Source: the human T2T-CHM13v2.0 reference genome, Homo sapiens. From it: a DNA stretch of 64,000 nucleotides. The number at the start of each line of letters is the position of its first letter. Position 1 is the first letter of the stretch. Where the stretch lies: NCBI RefSeq assembly GCF_009914755.1, contig NC_060948.1. One strand, 5' to 3'. A program made the position numbers and the translations under genes. A model generated the notes under the pieces. It saw only the letters and a program-made list of their open reading frames with translations. It was not told where the DNA came from and did not search any database. Shown here one piece after another: positions 1 through 12,774 of the stretch.

Positions 1-3000
1 GCCTGGAATAAAGTGGAATGCTACGGTCTCGAATGGAATAAAAATGTATGGAATGGAATGCAATGAAACGGAATCGAATGTCATAGAATGTAATGGAATG
101 CAAAAAAATGGACTCCAAAATCATTGACTGGAAAGGCTGGGTGTCGAAAGGAATTGACTCCAATGGAATGGAATCGAATGGAATGGAAGTGAATAGAATC
201 GAACTAAATCGAATGGAATGGAATGGATAAGAACGGAATGGAAAGGAATGCAATGATTTGGCATGGAATGGAATCGAATGTCATGGAATGGAATGGAATG
301 GAATGCAATGGAGTGGAATGTATTAGAATGTAATGAACTTTAATGGAATGTACTCGAATGGATTCGACTGGAATGGAATGTTCTGTAAGTAAATAGACTC
401 CAATGGAATGGATTCGAAAGGAATGGAATCGAACGGAATGGAATCTAATGGAATGGAATTAAATGGAAATGAATCAAATTGAATAGCACGGAATTGAATT
501 GAATGGAATCGAAAGCAATGGAATCTAATGTAACGGAAAGGAAAGGAATGGAATGGAATGGAATGGGCTGGAATGGAATGGAATCGAAACGAATGGAATG
601 GAATCGAACTGAAGAGACTGGAATGGAATGCACTGGAATGGAAGGGAGTGTAATGGAAGGTTCTCGACAAAAATGGAATCGAATGGAGTGGAATTGAATG
701 GAACGGAATAGAGTCGAATGGAATTGAATGGAATGGAATGGACTAGAGTGAAATGGAATCGAACCACAAGGAATGGACAGGAATAGAATGGTCTCGAATT
801 GAATGGAATCGTATGGAATGGCATCAAACGGAATGGAATGGACAGCCACGGAATGGAATGCACTCGAATGCAATGGAGTCGAAACTAATGGACTGGAATA
901 GAATGGACTCGACTGGTACGGACTCCAATGGAATGGAATCGAATGGAAGGGAATCGAACGGAATGGACTCGAAGGGAAAAGACTGCAATGGAAAGGTATC
1001 GAATGGAATGGAAATTAATGGAATGGAATGGAATCGAATGAAATGGAGTCAAAAGGAATGGAATCGAATGGCAAGAAATCGAATGTAATGGAATCGCAAG
1101 GAATTGATGTGAACAGAACGGAATGGAATGGAATCCAAAGGAATGGAATAGAATGGAATGGAATCGAATGGAAAGGACTCGAATGGAAATCACTCGAATA
1201 GAATGCAATTTAATAAAATAGGATCAAATGTAATGGAATGGAATGGAAAGGAATCGAAACGAAAGGAATGGAGACAGATGGAATGGAATGGAACAGAGAG
1301 CAATGCTATAGAATGGAATGGAATCATCTGGAATGGAATTGAATGGAATGGAATAATATGAAATGGAATGGAATGGAATGGAATGCCCTTGAATTAAATG
1401 GACTGGAATGGAATGGACTCGAACAGAGTGGAATGGAAAGTGTTGAAATAGAATGGAATGGACTCCTTTGGAATGGTCTAGTATGCAATGCAATCGACAG
1501 GCAGGGAATCAAAAGGAATGTAATGGAATGGATTGGACTGGAATGCAATGGACTCGAATAGATTGGAAACGGAAAGCAAATGAATGGAATGGAATAGTAT
1601 GGAATGGAATGGAAAGGAATGGAGTGGAATAGACTAGAGTGGAATGGACTCGAAAGCAATGGACTGGAATGGAACTTTCTTGAATGGACTGGAATCAAAC
1701 GGAATGGAATGCAATGCAATCAAATGGCATGGAATAAAATAGAATGAAAGAGAATCAAATGGAATTGAATCGAATGGAATCGAATGGATTGGAAAGGAAT
1801 AGAATGGAATGGAATGGAATTGACTCAAATGGAATGGACTCGAATGGAAGGCAAAGGAATGGAATCTATTGGAATGGACTGTAATGGAATGGAATGGAAG
1901 GGATTGGAATGGACTCGAATGGAATGGACTGCAATAGAAAGGATGCGAATGGAATGAAAAAGAATTGAATGGAATAGAACAGAATGGAATCAAATCGCAT
2001 GAAATGGAATGGAATAGAAAGGAATGGAATGAAATGGAATGGAAAGGATTCGAATGGAATGCAATCGAATGCAATGGAATCGAACGGAACGGAATAAAAT
2101 GGAAGAAAACTGGCAAGAAATGGAATCGAAATGAATGGAGTGTTATGGAACGGACTCAAAAGGAATTGAATGTAATAGAATGCAGTGGAGTGGACTCGAT
2201 TATACTGGACTGGAATGGAATGAAATCACATGGAATAGTAATGAATGGAATGGAATGGAAAGGAATGGAATCGAATGGAAAGGAATCGAATGGAAGGGAA
2301 TGAAATTGAATCAACAGGAATGGAAGGGAATAGAATAGACGGTAATGGAATGGACTCGAATAGAATGGACACGAATGCTCAAATTGAATGGACTCGAATG
2401 GAATGGAAACGAAAGGAATGTCATCGAATGGAATTGAATCGATTGGAATGAAATCGCATAGAATGGAGTGGAATCAAATGGAATTGAATCGAAAGGAAAG
2501 GAAGCGAATGGACTGAAATGAAATGGAATGGAATGGAATGGAAAGTAATGCAATGGAATAGAATGGAACGAAATTTCACGGAATGGAATGAAACTGAATG
2601 GAATCAAATCAATGGAATCAAATCAAATGGAATGGAAAGGAATTGAATGGAGTAGATTGGATTGGATGGGATTGGAATGAAATGTACTGGAAAGGACTCG
2701 AATTTCATGAAACGGAATGGAATGAATTGGAACGGAATGGACTCGAATGGAATGGAATGTCATGGAATGTCATCAAATGGAATGGCATCAAATGGAATGG
2801 AATCGAATGCAATGGAATGCTATGGAATGGAATGGAATGCATTGGAATGGAATGTCCTCTAATGGAATGGATTCGAGTGGAATGGAATCGAATATAATGG
2901 AGTCGAATGAAATGGAATTGAAAGGAATGGGATCGAATACAATGGAATATACTGGAATGTAATGTAATGAACTCGAATGTAATTGACTGGAATGGAATGT

Positions 3001-3529
3001 ACATGAATGGAATGTAATCAAATGGAAAGTAATCCAATGGAATAGAATCTAATGCAATAAAATCGACTCAAATAGAATAGAATGTAATGGAATGGAGTGC
3101 AGTGCAATGGAATGGAATGGAATGGAATGCAATGGAATGGAACGTAATGGAATGGAATGGAATGGGATGGAATGGTATGGAATGGATAGTAATGGACTGG
3201 AGTGAAATGCACTGGAAAGGAATGGACTCAAATTGAAAGGGCTCGAAAGGAATGGAGTCAAATGGAATGGTCTGGAATGGAATGAACACGAATGTAATGC
3301 AATCCAATAGAATGGAATCGAATGGCATGGAATATAAAGAAATGGAATCGAAGAGAATGGAAACAAATGGAATGGAATTGAATGGAATGGAATTGAATGG
3401 AATGGGAAGGAATGGAGTGAAATTGTATGCAGTAGAAGAGAATAGAATGGAATGCAAGCGAAAGGAAAGGAATGGATTGGAATGGAATGGAATTCATTGG
3501 AATGGAAGGGAATGTAGTGTAGTGGACAG
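1..3529 (+). repeat. Full-length DYZ1 unit 1 (3529 bp)
   Basis: GCCTGG start at 1, next at 3530. It is 20 bp shorter than unit 2 because of a 5-bp deletion (~1645) and a 15-bp deletion (~1838). Retains the 699-bp segment (2528-3226). Confidence 0.9.
1671..1685. promoter_or_regulatory. Perfect heat-shock element 2 (gGAActTTCttGAAt), representative copy; one per unit
   Basis: Exact match to nGAAnnTTCnnGAAn, also at 5205-5219 and the equivalent position in later units. Function here is inferred. Confidence 0.55.
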
Positions 3530-3903
3530 GCCTGGAATAAAGTGGAATGCTACGGTCTCGAATGGAATAAAAATGTATGGAATGGAATGCAATGAAACGG
3601 AATCGAATGTCATAGAATCTAATGGAATGCAAAAAAATGGAATCCAAAAACATTGACTGGAAAGGCTGGGTGTCGAAAGGAATTGACTCCAATGGAATGG
3701 AATCGAATGGAATGGAAGTGAATAGAATCGAACTAAATCGAATGGAATGGAATTGATAGGAACGGAATGGAAAGGAATGCAATGATTTGGCATGGAATGG
3801 AATCGAATGGCATCGAATGGAATGGAATGGAATGCAATGGAATGGAATGTATTAGAATGTAATGAACTATAATGCAATGTACTCGAATGGATTCGACTGG
3901 CAT

Positions 3904-3918
3904 GGAATGTTCTGGAAG
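3904..3918. promoter_or_regulatory. Perfect heat-shock element 1 (gGAAtgTTCtgGAAg), representative copy; recurs at about unit offset +375
   Basis: Exact match to the HSF consensus nGAAnnTTCnnGAAn. Disrupted in unit 1 (G>T at 386) and deleted in unit 9. Function here is inferred, not shown. Confidence 0.55.
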
Positions 3919-6076
3919 TGAATGGACTCCAATGGAATGGATTCAAAAGGAATGGAATCGTACGGAATGGAATCTAAAGGAATGGAATTAAATGGAAATG
4001 AATCAAATTGAATAGCACGGAATTGAATTGAATGGAATCGAATGCAATGGAATCTAATGAAACGGAAAGGAAAGGAATGGAATGGAATGGAATGGGCTGG
4101 AATGGAAAGGAATCGAAACGAATGGAATGGAATCGAACTGAAGAGACTGGAATGGAATGCACTGGAATGGAAGGGAGTGTAATGGAAGGTTCTCGACAAA
4201 AATGGAATCGAATGGAATGGAATTGAATGGAACGGAATAGAGTGGAATGGAATTGAATGGAATGGAATGGACTAGAGTGAAATGGAATCGAACCACAAGG
4301 AATGGACAGGAATAGAATGGTCTCGAATTGAATGGAATCGTATGGAATGGCATCAAACGGAATGGAATGGACAGCCACGGAATGGAATGCACTCGAATGC
4401 AATGGAGTCGAAACTAATGGACTGGAATAGAATGGACACGACTGGTACGGACTCCAATGGAATGGAATCGAATGGAAGGGAATCGAACGGAATGGACTCG
4501 AAGGGAAAAGACTGCAATGGAAAGGTCTCGAATGGAATGGAAATTAATGGAATGGAATGGAATCGAATGAAATGGAGTCAAAAGGAATGGAATGGAATGG
4601 CAAGAAATCAAATGTAATGGAATCGCAAGGAATTGAGGTGAACGGAAAGGAATGGAATGGAATCCAAAGGAATGGAATAGAATGGAATGGAATCGAATGG
4701 AAAGGACTCGAATGGAAATCACTCGAATAGAATGCAATTTAATAAAATAGGATCAAATGTAATGGAATGGAATGGAAAGGAATCGAAACGAAAGGAATGG
4801 AGACAGATGGAATGGAATGGAACAGAGAGCAATGGTATAGAATGGAATGGAATCATCTGGAATGGAATTGAATGGAATGGAATAATATGAAATGGAATGG
4901 AATGGAATGCAATGTCCTTGAATTAAATGGACTGGAATGAAATGGACTCGAACAGAGTGGAATGGAAAGTGTTGAAATAGAATGGAATGGACTCCTTTGG
5001 AATGGTGTAGTATGCAATGCAATCGACAGGCAGGGAATCAAAAGGAATGTAATGGAATGGATTGGACTGGAATGCAATGGACTCGAATAGATTGGAAACG
5101 GAAAGCAAAGGAATGGAATGGAATAGTATGGAATGGAATGGAAAGGAATGGAGTGGAATAGACTAGAGTGGAATGGAATGGACTCGAAAGCAATGGACTG
5201 GAATGGAACTTTCTTGAATGGACTGGAATCAAACGGAATGGAATGCAATGCAATCAAATGGCATGGAATAAAATAGAATGAAAGAGAATCAAATGGAATT
5301 GAATCGAATGGAATCGAATGGATTGGAAAGGAATAGAATGGAATGGAATGGAATTGACTCAAATGGAATGGACTAGAATGGAATGGATTCGAATGGAAGG
5401 CAAAGGAATGGAATCTATTGGAATGGACTGTAATGGAATGGAATGGAAGGGATTGGAATGGACTCGAATGGAATGCACTGCAATAGAAAGGATGCGAATG
5501 GAATGAAAAAGAATTGAATGGAATAGAACAGAATGGAATCAAATCGCATGAAATGGAATGGAATAGAAAGGAATGGAATGAAATGGAATGGAAAGGATTC
5601 GAATGGAATGCAATCGAATGCAATGGAATCGAACGGAATGGAATAAAATGGAAGAAAACTGGCAAGAAATGGAATCGAAATGAATGGAGTGTTATGGAAC
5701 GGACTCAAAAGGAATTGAATGTAATAGAATGCAGTGGAGTGGACTCGAATATACTGGACTGGAATGGAATGAAATCACATGGAATAGTAACGAATGGAAT
5801 GGAATGGAAAGGAATGGAATCGAATGGAAAGGAATCGAATGGAAGGGAATGAAATTGAATCAACAGGAATGGAAGGGAATAGAATAGACGGTAATGGAAT
5901 GGACTCGAATAGAATGGACACGAATGCTCAAATTGAATGGACTCGAATGGAATGGAAACGAAAGGAATGTCATCGAATGGAATTGAATCGATTGGAATGA
6001 AATCGCATAGAATGGAGTGGAATCAAATGGAATTGAATCGAAAGGAAAGGAAGCGAATGGACTGAAATGAAATGGA

Positions 6077-6775
6077 ATGGAATTGAATGGAAAGTAATGC
6101 AATGGAATAGAATGGAACGAAATTTCACGGAATGGAATCAAACTGAATGGAATCAAATCAATGGAATCAAATCAAATGGAATGGAAAGGAATTGAATGGA
6201 GTAGATTGGATTGGATGGGATTGGAATGAAATGTACTGGAAAGGACTCGAATTTCATGAAACGGAATGGAATGAATTGGAACGGAATGGACTCGAATGGA
6301 ATGGAATGTCATGGAATGTCATCAAATGGAATGGCATCAAATGGAATGGAATCGAATGCAATGGAATGCTATGGAATGGAATGGAATGCATTGGAATGGA
6401 ATGTCCTCTAATGGAATGGATTCGAGTGGAATGGAATCGAATATAATGGAGTCGAATGAAATGGAATTGAAAGGAATGGGATCGAATACAATGGAATATA
6501 CTGGAATGTAATGTAATGAACTCGAATGTAATTGACTGGAATGGAATGTACATGAATGGAATGTAATCAAATGGAAAGTAATCCAATGGAATAGAATCTA
6601 ATGCAATAAAATCGACTCAAATAGAATAGAATGTAATGGAATGGAGTGCAGTGCAATGGAATGGAATGGAATGGAATGCAATGGAATGGAATGTAATGGA
6701 ATGGAATGGAATGGGATGGAATGGTATGGAATGGATAGTAATGGACTGGAGTGAAATGCACTGGAAAGGAATGGA
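6077..6775 (+). repeat. 699-bp DYZ1 segment present only in the long units (second copy at 2528-3226)
   Basis: Contains AAATTTCACGG, GTAGATTGGATTGGATGGG, GTCCTCTAAT and GGGATCGAATAC motifs, which are absent downstream of 7079. Bounded by AATGGA at 6071-6076 and 6770-6775. Confidence 0.9.
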
Positions 6776-7078
6776 CTCAAATTGAAAGGGCTCGAAAGGA
6801 ATGGAGTCAAATGGAATGGTCTGGAATGGAATGAACACGAATGTAATGCAATCCAATAGAATGGAATCGAATGGCATGGAATATAAAGAAATGGAATCGA
6901 AGAGAATGGAAACAAATGGAATGGAATTGAATGGAATGGAATTGAATGGAATGGGAAGGAATGGAGTGAAATTGTATGCAGTAGAAGAGAATAGAATGGA
7001 ATGCAAGCGAAAGGAAAGGAATGGATTGGAATGGAATGGAATTCATTGGAATGGAAGGGAATGTAGTGTAGTGGACAG

Positions 7079-9928
7079 GCCTGGAATAAAGTGGAATGCT
7101 ACGGTCTCGAATGGAATAAAAATGTATGGAATGGAATGCAATGAAACGGAATCGAATGTCATAGAATCTAATGGAATGCAAAAAAATGGAATCCAAAAAC
7201 ATTGACTGGAAAGGCTGGGTGTCGAAAGGAATTGACTCCAATGGAATGGAATCGAATGGAATGGAAGTGAATAGAATCGAACTAAATCGAATGGAATGGA
7301 ATTGATAGGAACGGAATGGAAAGGAATGCAATGATTTGGCATGGAATGGAATCGAATGGCATCGAATGGAATGGAATGGAATGCAATGGAATGGAATGTA
7401 TTAGAATGTAATGAACTATAATGCAATGTACTCGAATGGATTCGACTGGCATGGAATGTTCTGGAAGTGAATGGACTCCAATGGAATGGATTCAAAAGGA
7501 ATGGAATCGTACGGAATGGAATCTAAAGGAATGGAATTAAATGGAAATGAATCAAATTGAATAGCACGGAATTGAATTGAATGGAATCGAATGCAATGGA
7601 ATCTAATGAAACGGAAAGGAAAGGAATGGAATGGAATGGAATGGGCTGGAATGGAAAGGAATCGAAACGAATGGAATTGAATCGAACTGAAGAGACTGGA
7701 ATGGAATGCACTGGAATGGAAGGGAGTGTAATGGAAGGTTCTCGACAAAAATGGAATCGAATGGAATGGAATTGAATGGAACGGAATAGAGTGGAATGGA
7801 ATTGAATGGAATGGAATGGACTAGAGTGAAATGGAATCGAACCACAAGGAATGGACAGGAATAGAATGGTCTCGAATTGAATGGAATCGTATGGAATGGC
7901 ATCAAACGGAATGGAATGGACAGCCACGGAATGGAATGCACTCGAATGCAATGGAGTCGAAACTAATGGACTGGAATAGAATGGACACGACTGGTACGGA
8001 CTCCAATGGAATGGAATCGAATGGAAGGGAATCGAACGGAATGGACTCGAAGGGAAAAGACTGCAATGGAAAGGTCTCGAATGGAATGGAAATTAATGGA
8101 ATGGAATGGAATCGAATGAAATGGAGTCAAAAGGAATGGAATGGAATGGCAAGAAATCAAATGTAATGGAATCGCAAGGAATTGAGGTGAACGGAACGGA
8201 ATGGAATGGAATCCAAAGGAATGGAATAGAATGGAATGGAATCGAATGGAAAGGACTCGAATGGAAATCACTCGAATAGAATGCAATTTAATAAAATAGG
8301 ATCAAATGTAATGGAATGGAATGGAAAGGAATCGAAACGAAAGGAATGGAGACAGATGGAATGGAATGGAACAGAGAGCAATGGTATAGAATGGAATGGA
8401 ATCATCTGGAATGGAATTGAATGGAATGGAATAATATGAAATGGAATGGAATGGAATGCAATGTCCTTGAATTAAATGGACTGGAATGGAATGGACTCGA
8501 AGAGAGTGGAATGGAAAGTGTTGAAATAGAATGGAATGGACTCCTTTGGAATGGTCTAGTATGCAATGCAATCGACTGGCAGGGAATCAAAAGGAATGTA
8601 ATGGAATGGATTGGACTGGAATGCAATGGACTCGAATAGATTGGAAACGGAAAGCAAAGGAATGGAATGGAATAGTATGGAATGGAATGGAAAGGAAAGG
8701 AGTGGAATAGACTAGAGTGGAATGGAATGGTCTCGAAAGCAATGGACTGGAATGGAACTTTCTTGAATGGACTGGAATCAAACGGAATGGAATGCAATGC
8801 AATCAAATGGCATGGAATAAAATAGAATGAAAGAGAATCAAATGGAATTGAATCGAATGGAATCGAATGGATTGGAAAGGAATAGAATGGAATGGAATGG
8901 AATTGACTCAAATGGAATGGACTAGAATGGAATGGATTCGAATGGAAGGCAAAGGAATGGAATCTATTGGAATGGACTGTAATGGAATGGAATGGAAGGG
9001 ATTGGAATGGACTCGAATGGAATGGACTGCAATAGAAAGGATTCGAATGGAATGAAAAAGAATTGAATGGAATAGAACAGAATGGAATGAAATCGAATGA
9101 AATTGAATGGAATAGAAAGGAATGGAAAGAAATGGAATGGAAAGGATTCGAATGGAATGCAATCGAATGGAATGGAATCGAACGGAATGGAATAAAATGG
9201 AAGAAAACTGGCAAGAAATGGAATCGAAATGAATGGAGTGTTATGGAACGGACTCAAAAGGAATTGAATGTAATAGAATGGAGTGGAGTGGACTCGAATA
9301 TAATGGACTGGAATGGAATGAAATCACATGGAATGGGAACGAATGGAAAGGAATGGAAAGGAATGGAATCGAATGGAAAGGAATCGAATGGAAGGGAATG
9401 AAATTGAATCAACAGGAATGGAAGGGAATAGAATAGACGGTAATGGAATGAACTCGAATAGAATGGACAAGAATGCTCAAATTGAATGGAATCGAATGGA
9501 ATGGAAACGAAAGTAATGTCATCGAATGGAATTGAATCGATTGGAATGAAATCGCATAGAATGGAGTGGAATCAAATGGAATTGAATCGAAAGCAAAGGA
9601 AGCGAATGGACTGAAATGAAATGGACTCAAATTGAAAGGGCTCGAAATGAATGGAGTCAAATGGAATGGTCTGGTATGGAATGAACACGAATGTAATGCA
9701 ATCCAATAGAATGGAATCGAATGGCATGGAATATAAAGAAATGGAATCGAAGAGAATGGAAACAAATGGAATGGAATTGAATGGAATGGAATTGAATGGA
9801 ATGGGAACGAATGGAGTGAAATTGTATGCAGTACAAGAGAATAGAATGGAATGCAAGCGAAAGGAAAGGAATGGATTGGAATGGAATGGAATTCATTGGA
9901 ATGGAAGGGAATGTAGTGTAATGGACAG
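7079..9928 (+). repeat. Unit 3: recombinant boundary unit (long-type 5' part, deleted-type 3' part), 2850 bp
   Basis: Shares unit-2 private variants up to ~8460 (AACTATAATGCA, ATCTAAAGG, GGACACGACT, ATTGAGGTG, ATGCAATGTCC), then carries deleted-family variants and the deletion junction at 9625/9626. Confidence 0.8.
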
Positions 9929-12620
9929 GCCTGGAATAAACTGGAATGCTACGGTCTCGAATGGAATAAAAATGTATGGAATGGAATGCAATGAAACGGA
10001 ATCGAATGTCATAGAATGTAATGGAATGCAAAAAAATGGAATCCAAAATCATTGACTGGAAAGGCTGGGTGTCGAAAGAATTGACTCCAATGGAATGGAA
10101 TCGAATGGAATGGAAGTGAATAGAATCGAACTAAATCGAATGGAATGGAATTGATAGGAACGGAATGGAAAGGAATGCAATGATTTGGCATGGAATGGAA
10201 TCGAATGGCATCGAATGGAATGGTATGGAATGCAATGGAATGGAATGTATTAGAATGTAATGAACATTAATGGAATGTACTCGAATGGATTCGACTGGCA
10301 TGGAATGTTCTGGAAGTGAATGGAATCCAATGGAATGGATTCAAAAGGAATGGAATCGTACGGAATGGAATCTAATGGAATGGAATTAAATGGAAATGAA
10401 TCAAATTGAATAGCACGGAATTGAATTGAATGGAATCGAATGCAATGGAATCTAATGAAACGGAAAGGAAAGGAATGGAATGGAATGGGCTGGAATGGAA
10501 AGGAATCGAAACGAATGGAATGGAATCGAACTGAAGAGACTGGAATGGAATGCACTGGAATGGAAGGGACTGTAATGGAAGGTTCTCGACAAAAATGGAA
10601 TCGAATGGAATGGAATTGAATGGAACGGAATAGAGTGGAATGGAATTGAATGGAATGGAATGGACTAGAGTGAAATGGAATCGAACCACAAGGAATGGAC
10701 AGGAATAGAATGGTCTCGAATTGAATGGAATCGTATGGAATGGCATCAAACGGAATGGAATGGACAGCCACGGAATGGAATGCACTCGAATGCAATGGAG
10801 TCGAAACTAATGGACTGGAATAGAATGGACTCGACTGGTACGGACTCCAATGGAATGGAATCGAATGGAAGGGAATCGAACGGAATGGACTCGAAGGGAA
10901 AAGACTGCAATGGAAAGGTCTCGAATGGAATGGAAATTAATGGAATGGAATGGAATCGAATGAAATGGAGTCAAAAGGAATGGAATCGAATGGCAAGAAA
11001 TCGAATGTAATGGAATCGCAAGGAATTGATGTGAACGGAACGGAATGGAATGGAATCCAAAGGAATGGAATAGAATGGAATGGAATCGAATGGAAAGGAC
11101 TCGAATGGAAATCACTCGAATAGAATGCAATTTAATAAAATAGGATCAAATGTAATGGAATGGAATGGAAAGGAATCGAAACGAAAGGAATGGAGACAGA
11201 TGGAATGGAATGGAACAGAGAGCAATGGTATAGAATGGAATGGAATCATCTGGAATGGAATTGAATGGAATGGAATAATATGAAATGGAATGGAATGGAA
11301 TGGAATGTCCTTGAATTAAATGGACTGGAATGGAATGGACTCGAACAGAGTGGAATGGAAAGTGTTGAAATAGAATGGAATGGACTCCTTTGGAATGGTC
11401 TAGTATGCAATGCAATCGACTGGCAGGGAATCAAAAGGAATGTAATCGAATGGATTGGACTGGAATGCAATGGACTCGAATAGATTGGAAACGGAAAGCA
11501 AAGGAATGGAATGGAATAGTATGGAATGGAATGGAAAGGAATGGAGTGGAATAGACTAGAGTGGAATGGAATGGACTCGAAAGCAATGGACTGGAATGGA
11601 ACTTTCTTGAATGGACTGGAATCAAACGGAATGGAATGCAATGCAATCAAATGGCATGGAATAAAATAGAATGAAAGAGAATCAAATGGAATTGTATCGA
11701 ATGGAATCGAATGGATTGGAAAGGAATAGAATGGAATGGAATGGAATTGACTCAAATGGAATGGACTAGAATGGAATGGATTCGAATGGAAGGCAAAGGA
11801 ATGGAATCTATTGGAATGGACTGTAATGGAATGGAATGGAAGGGAGTGGAATGGACTCGAATGGAATGGACTGCAATAGAAAGGATTCGAATGGAATGAA
11901 AAAGAATTGAATGGAATAGAACAGAATGGAATCAAATCGAATGAAATGGAATGGAATAGAAAGGAATGGAATGAAATGGAATGGAAAGGATTCGAATGGA
12001 ATGCAATCGAATGGAATGGAATCGAACGGAATGGAATAAAATGGAAGAAAACTGGCAAGAAATGGAATCGAAATGAATGGAGTGTTATGGAACGGACTCA
12101 AAAGGAATTGAATGTAATAGAATGGAGTGGAGTGGACTCGAATATAATGGACTGGAATGGAATGAAATCACATGGAATGGGAACGAATGGAATGGAATGG
12201 AAAGGAAAGGAATCGAATGGAAGCGAATGAAATTGAATCAACAGGAATGGAAGGGAATAGAATAGACGGTAATGGAATGGACTCGAATAGAATGGACACG
12301 AATGTACAAATTGAATGGACTCGAATGGAATGGAAACGAAAGGAATGTCATCGAATGGAATTGAATCGATTGGAATGAAATCGCATAGAATGGAGTGGAG
12401 TCAAATGGAATTGAAACGAAAGCAAAGGAAGCGAATGGACTGAAATGAAATGGACTCAAATTGAAAGGGCTCGAAAGGAATGGAGTCAAATGGAATGGTC
12501 TGGAATGGAATGAACACGAATGTAATGCAATCCAATAGAATGGAATCGAATGGCATGGAATATAAAGAAATGGAATCGAAGAGAATGGAAACAAATGGAA
12601 TGGAATTGAATGGAATGGAA

Positions 12621-12774
12621 TTGAATGGAATGGGAACGAATGGAGTGAAATTGCATGCAGTAGAAGAGAATAGAATGGAATACAAGCGAAAGGAAAGGAA
12701 TGGATTGGAATGGAATGGAATTCATTGGAATGGAAGGGAATGTAGTGTAATGGACAGGCCTGGAATAAAGTGGA
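12621..12774 (+). other. Template of the classical DYZ1 sexing PCR amplicon (154 bp here), representative copy
   Basis: Starts TTGAATGGAATGGGAACGAATGG and ends GGACAGGCCTGGAATAAAGTGGA. Primer identity is from memory and should be verified. Confidence 0.65.

Larger units (their letters stand above)
3530..7078 (+). repeat. Full-length DYZ1 unit 2 (3549 bp)
   Basis: Landmarks recur at a 3549-bp offset (e.g. 2598/6147, 3252/6801, 4282/7831). Retains the 699-bp segment (6077-6775). Confidence 0.9.

Noticed and set aside
326-3260. Possible ancient sub-repeat inside the unit (GACTAGAGTG at 741 and 1632; ATGGAGTCAAA at ~1043 and 3252; GACTCAAAT at ~1822 and ~3225)
   Set aside because: Spacings are inconsistent and such short matches are expected among pentamer variants; an autocorrelation analysis would be needed.
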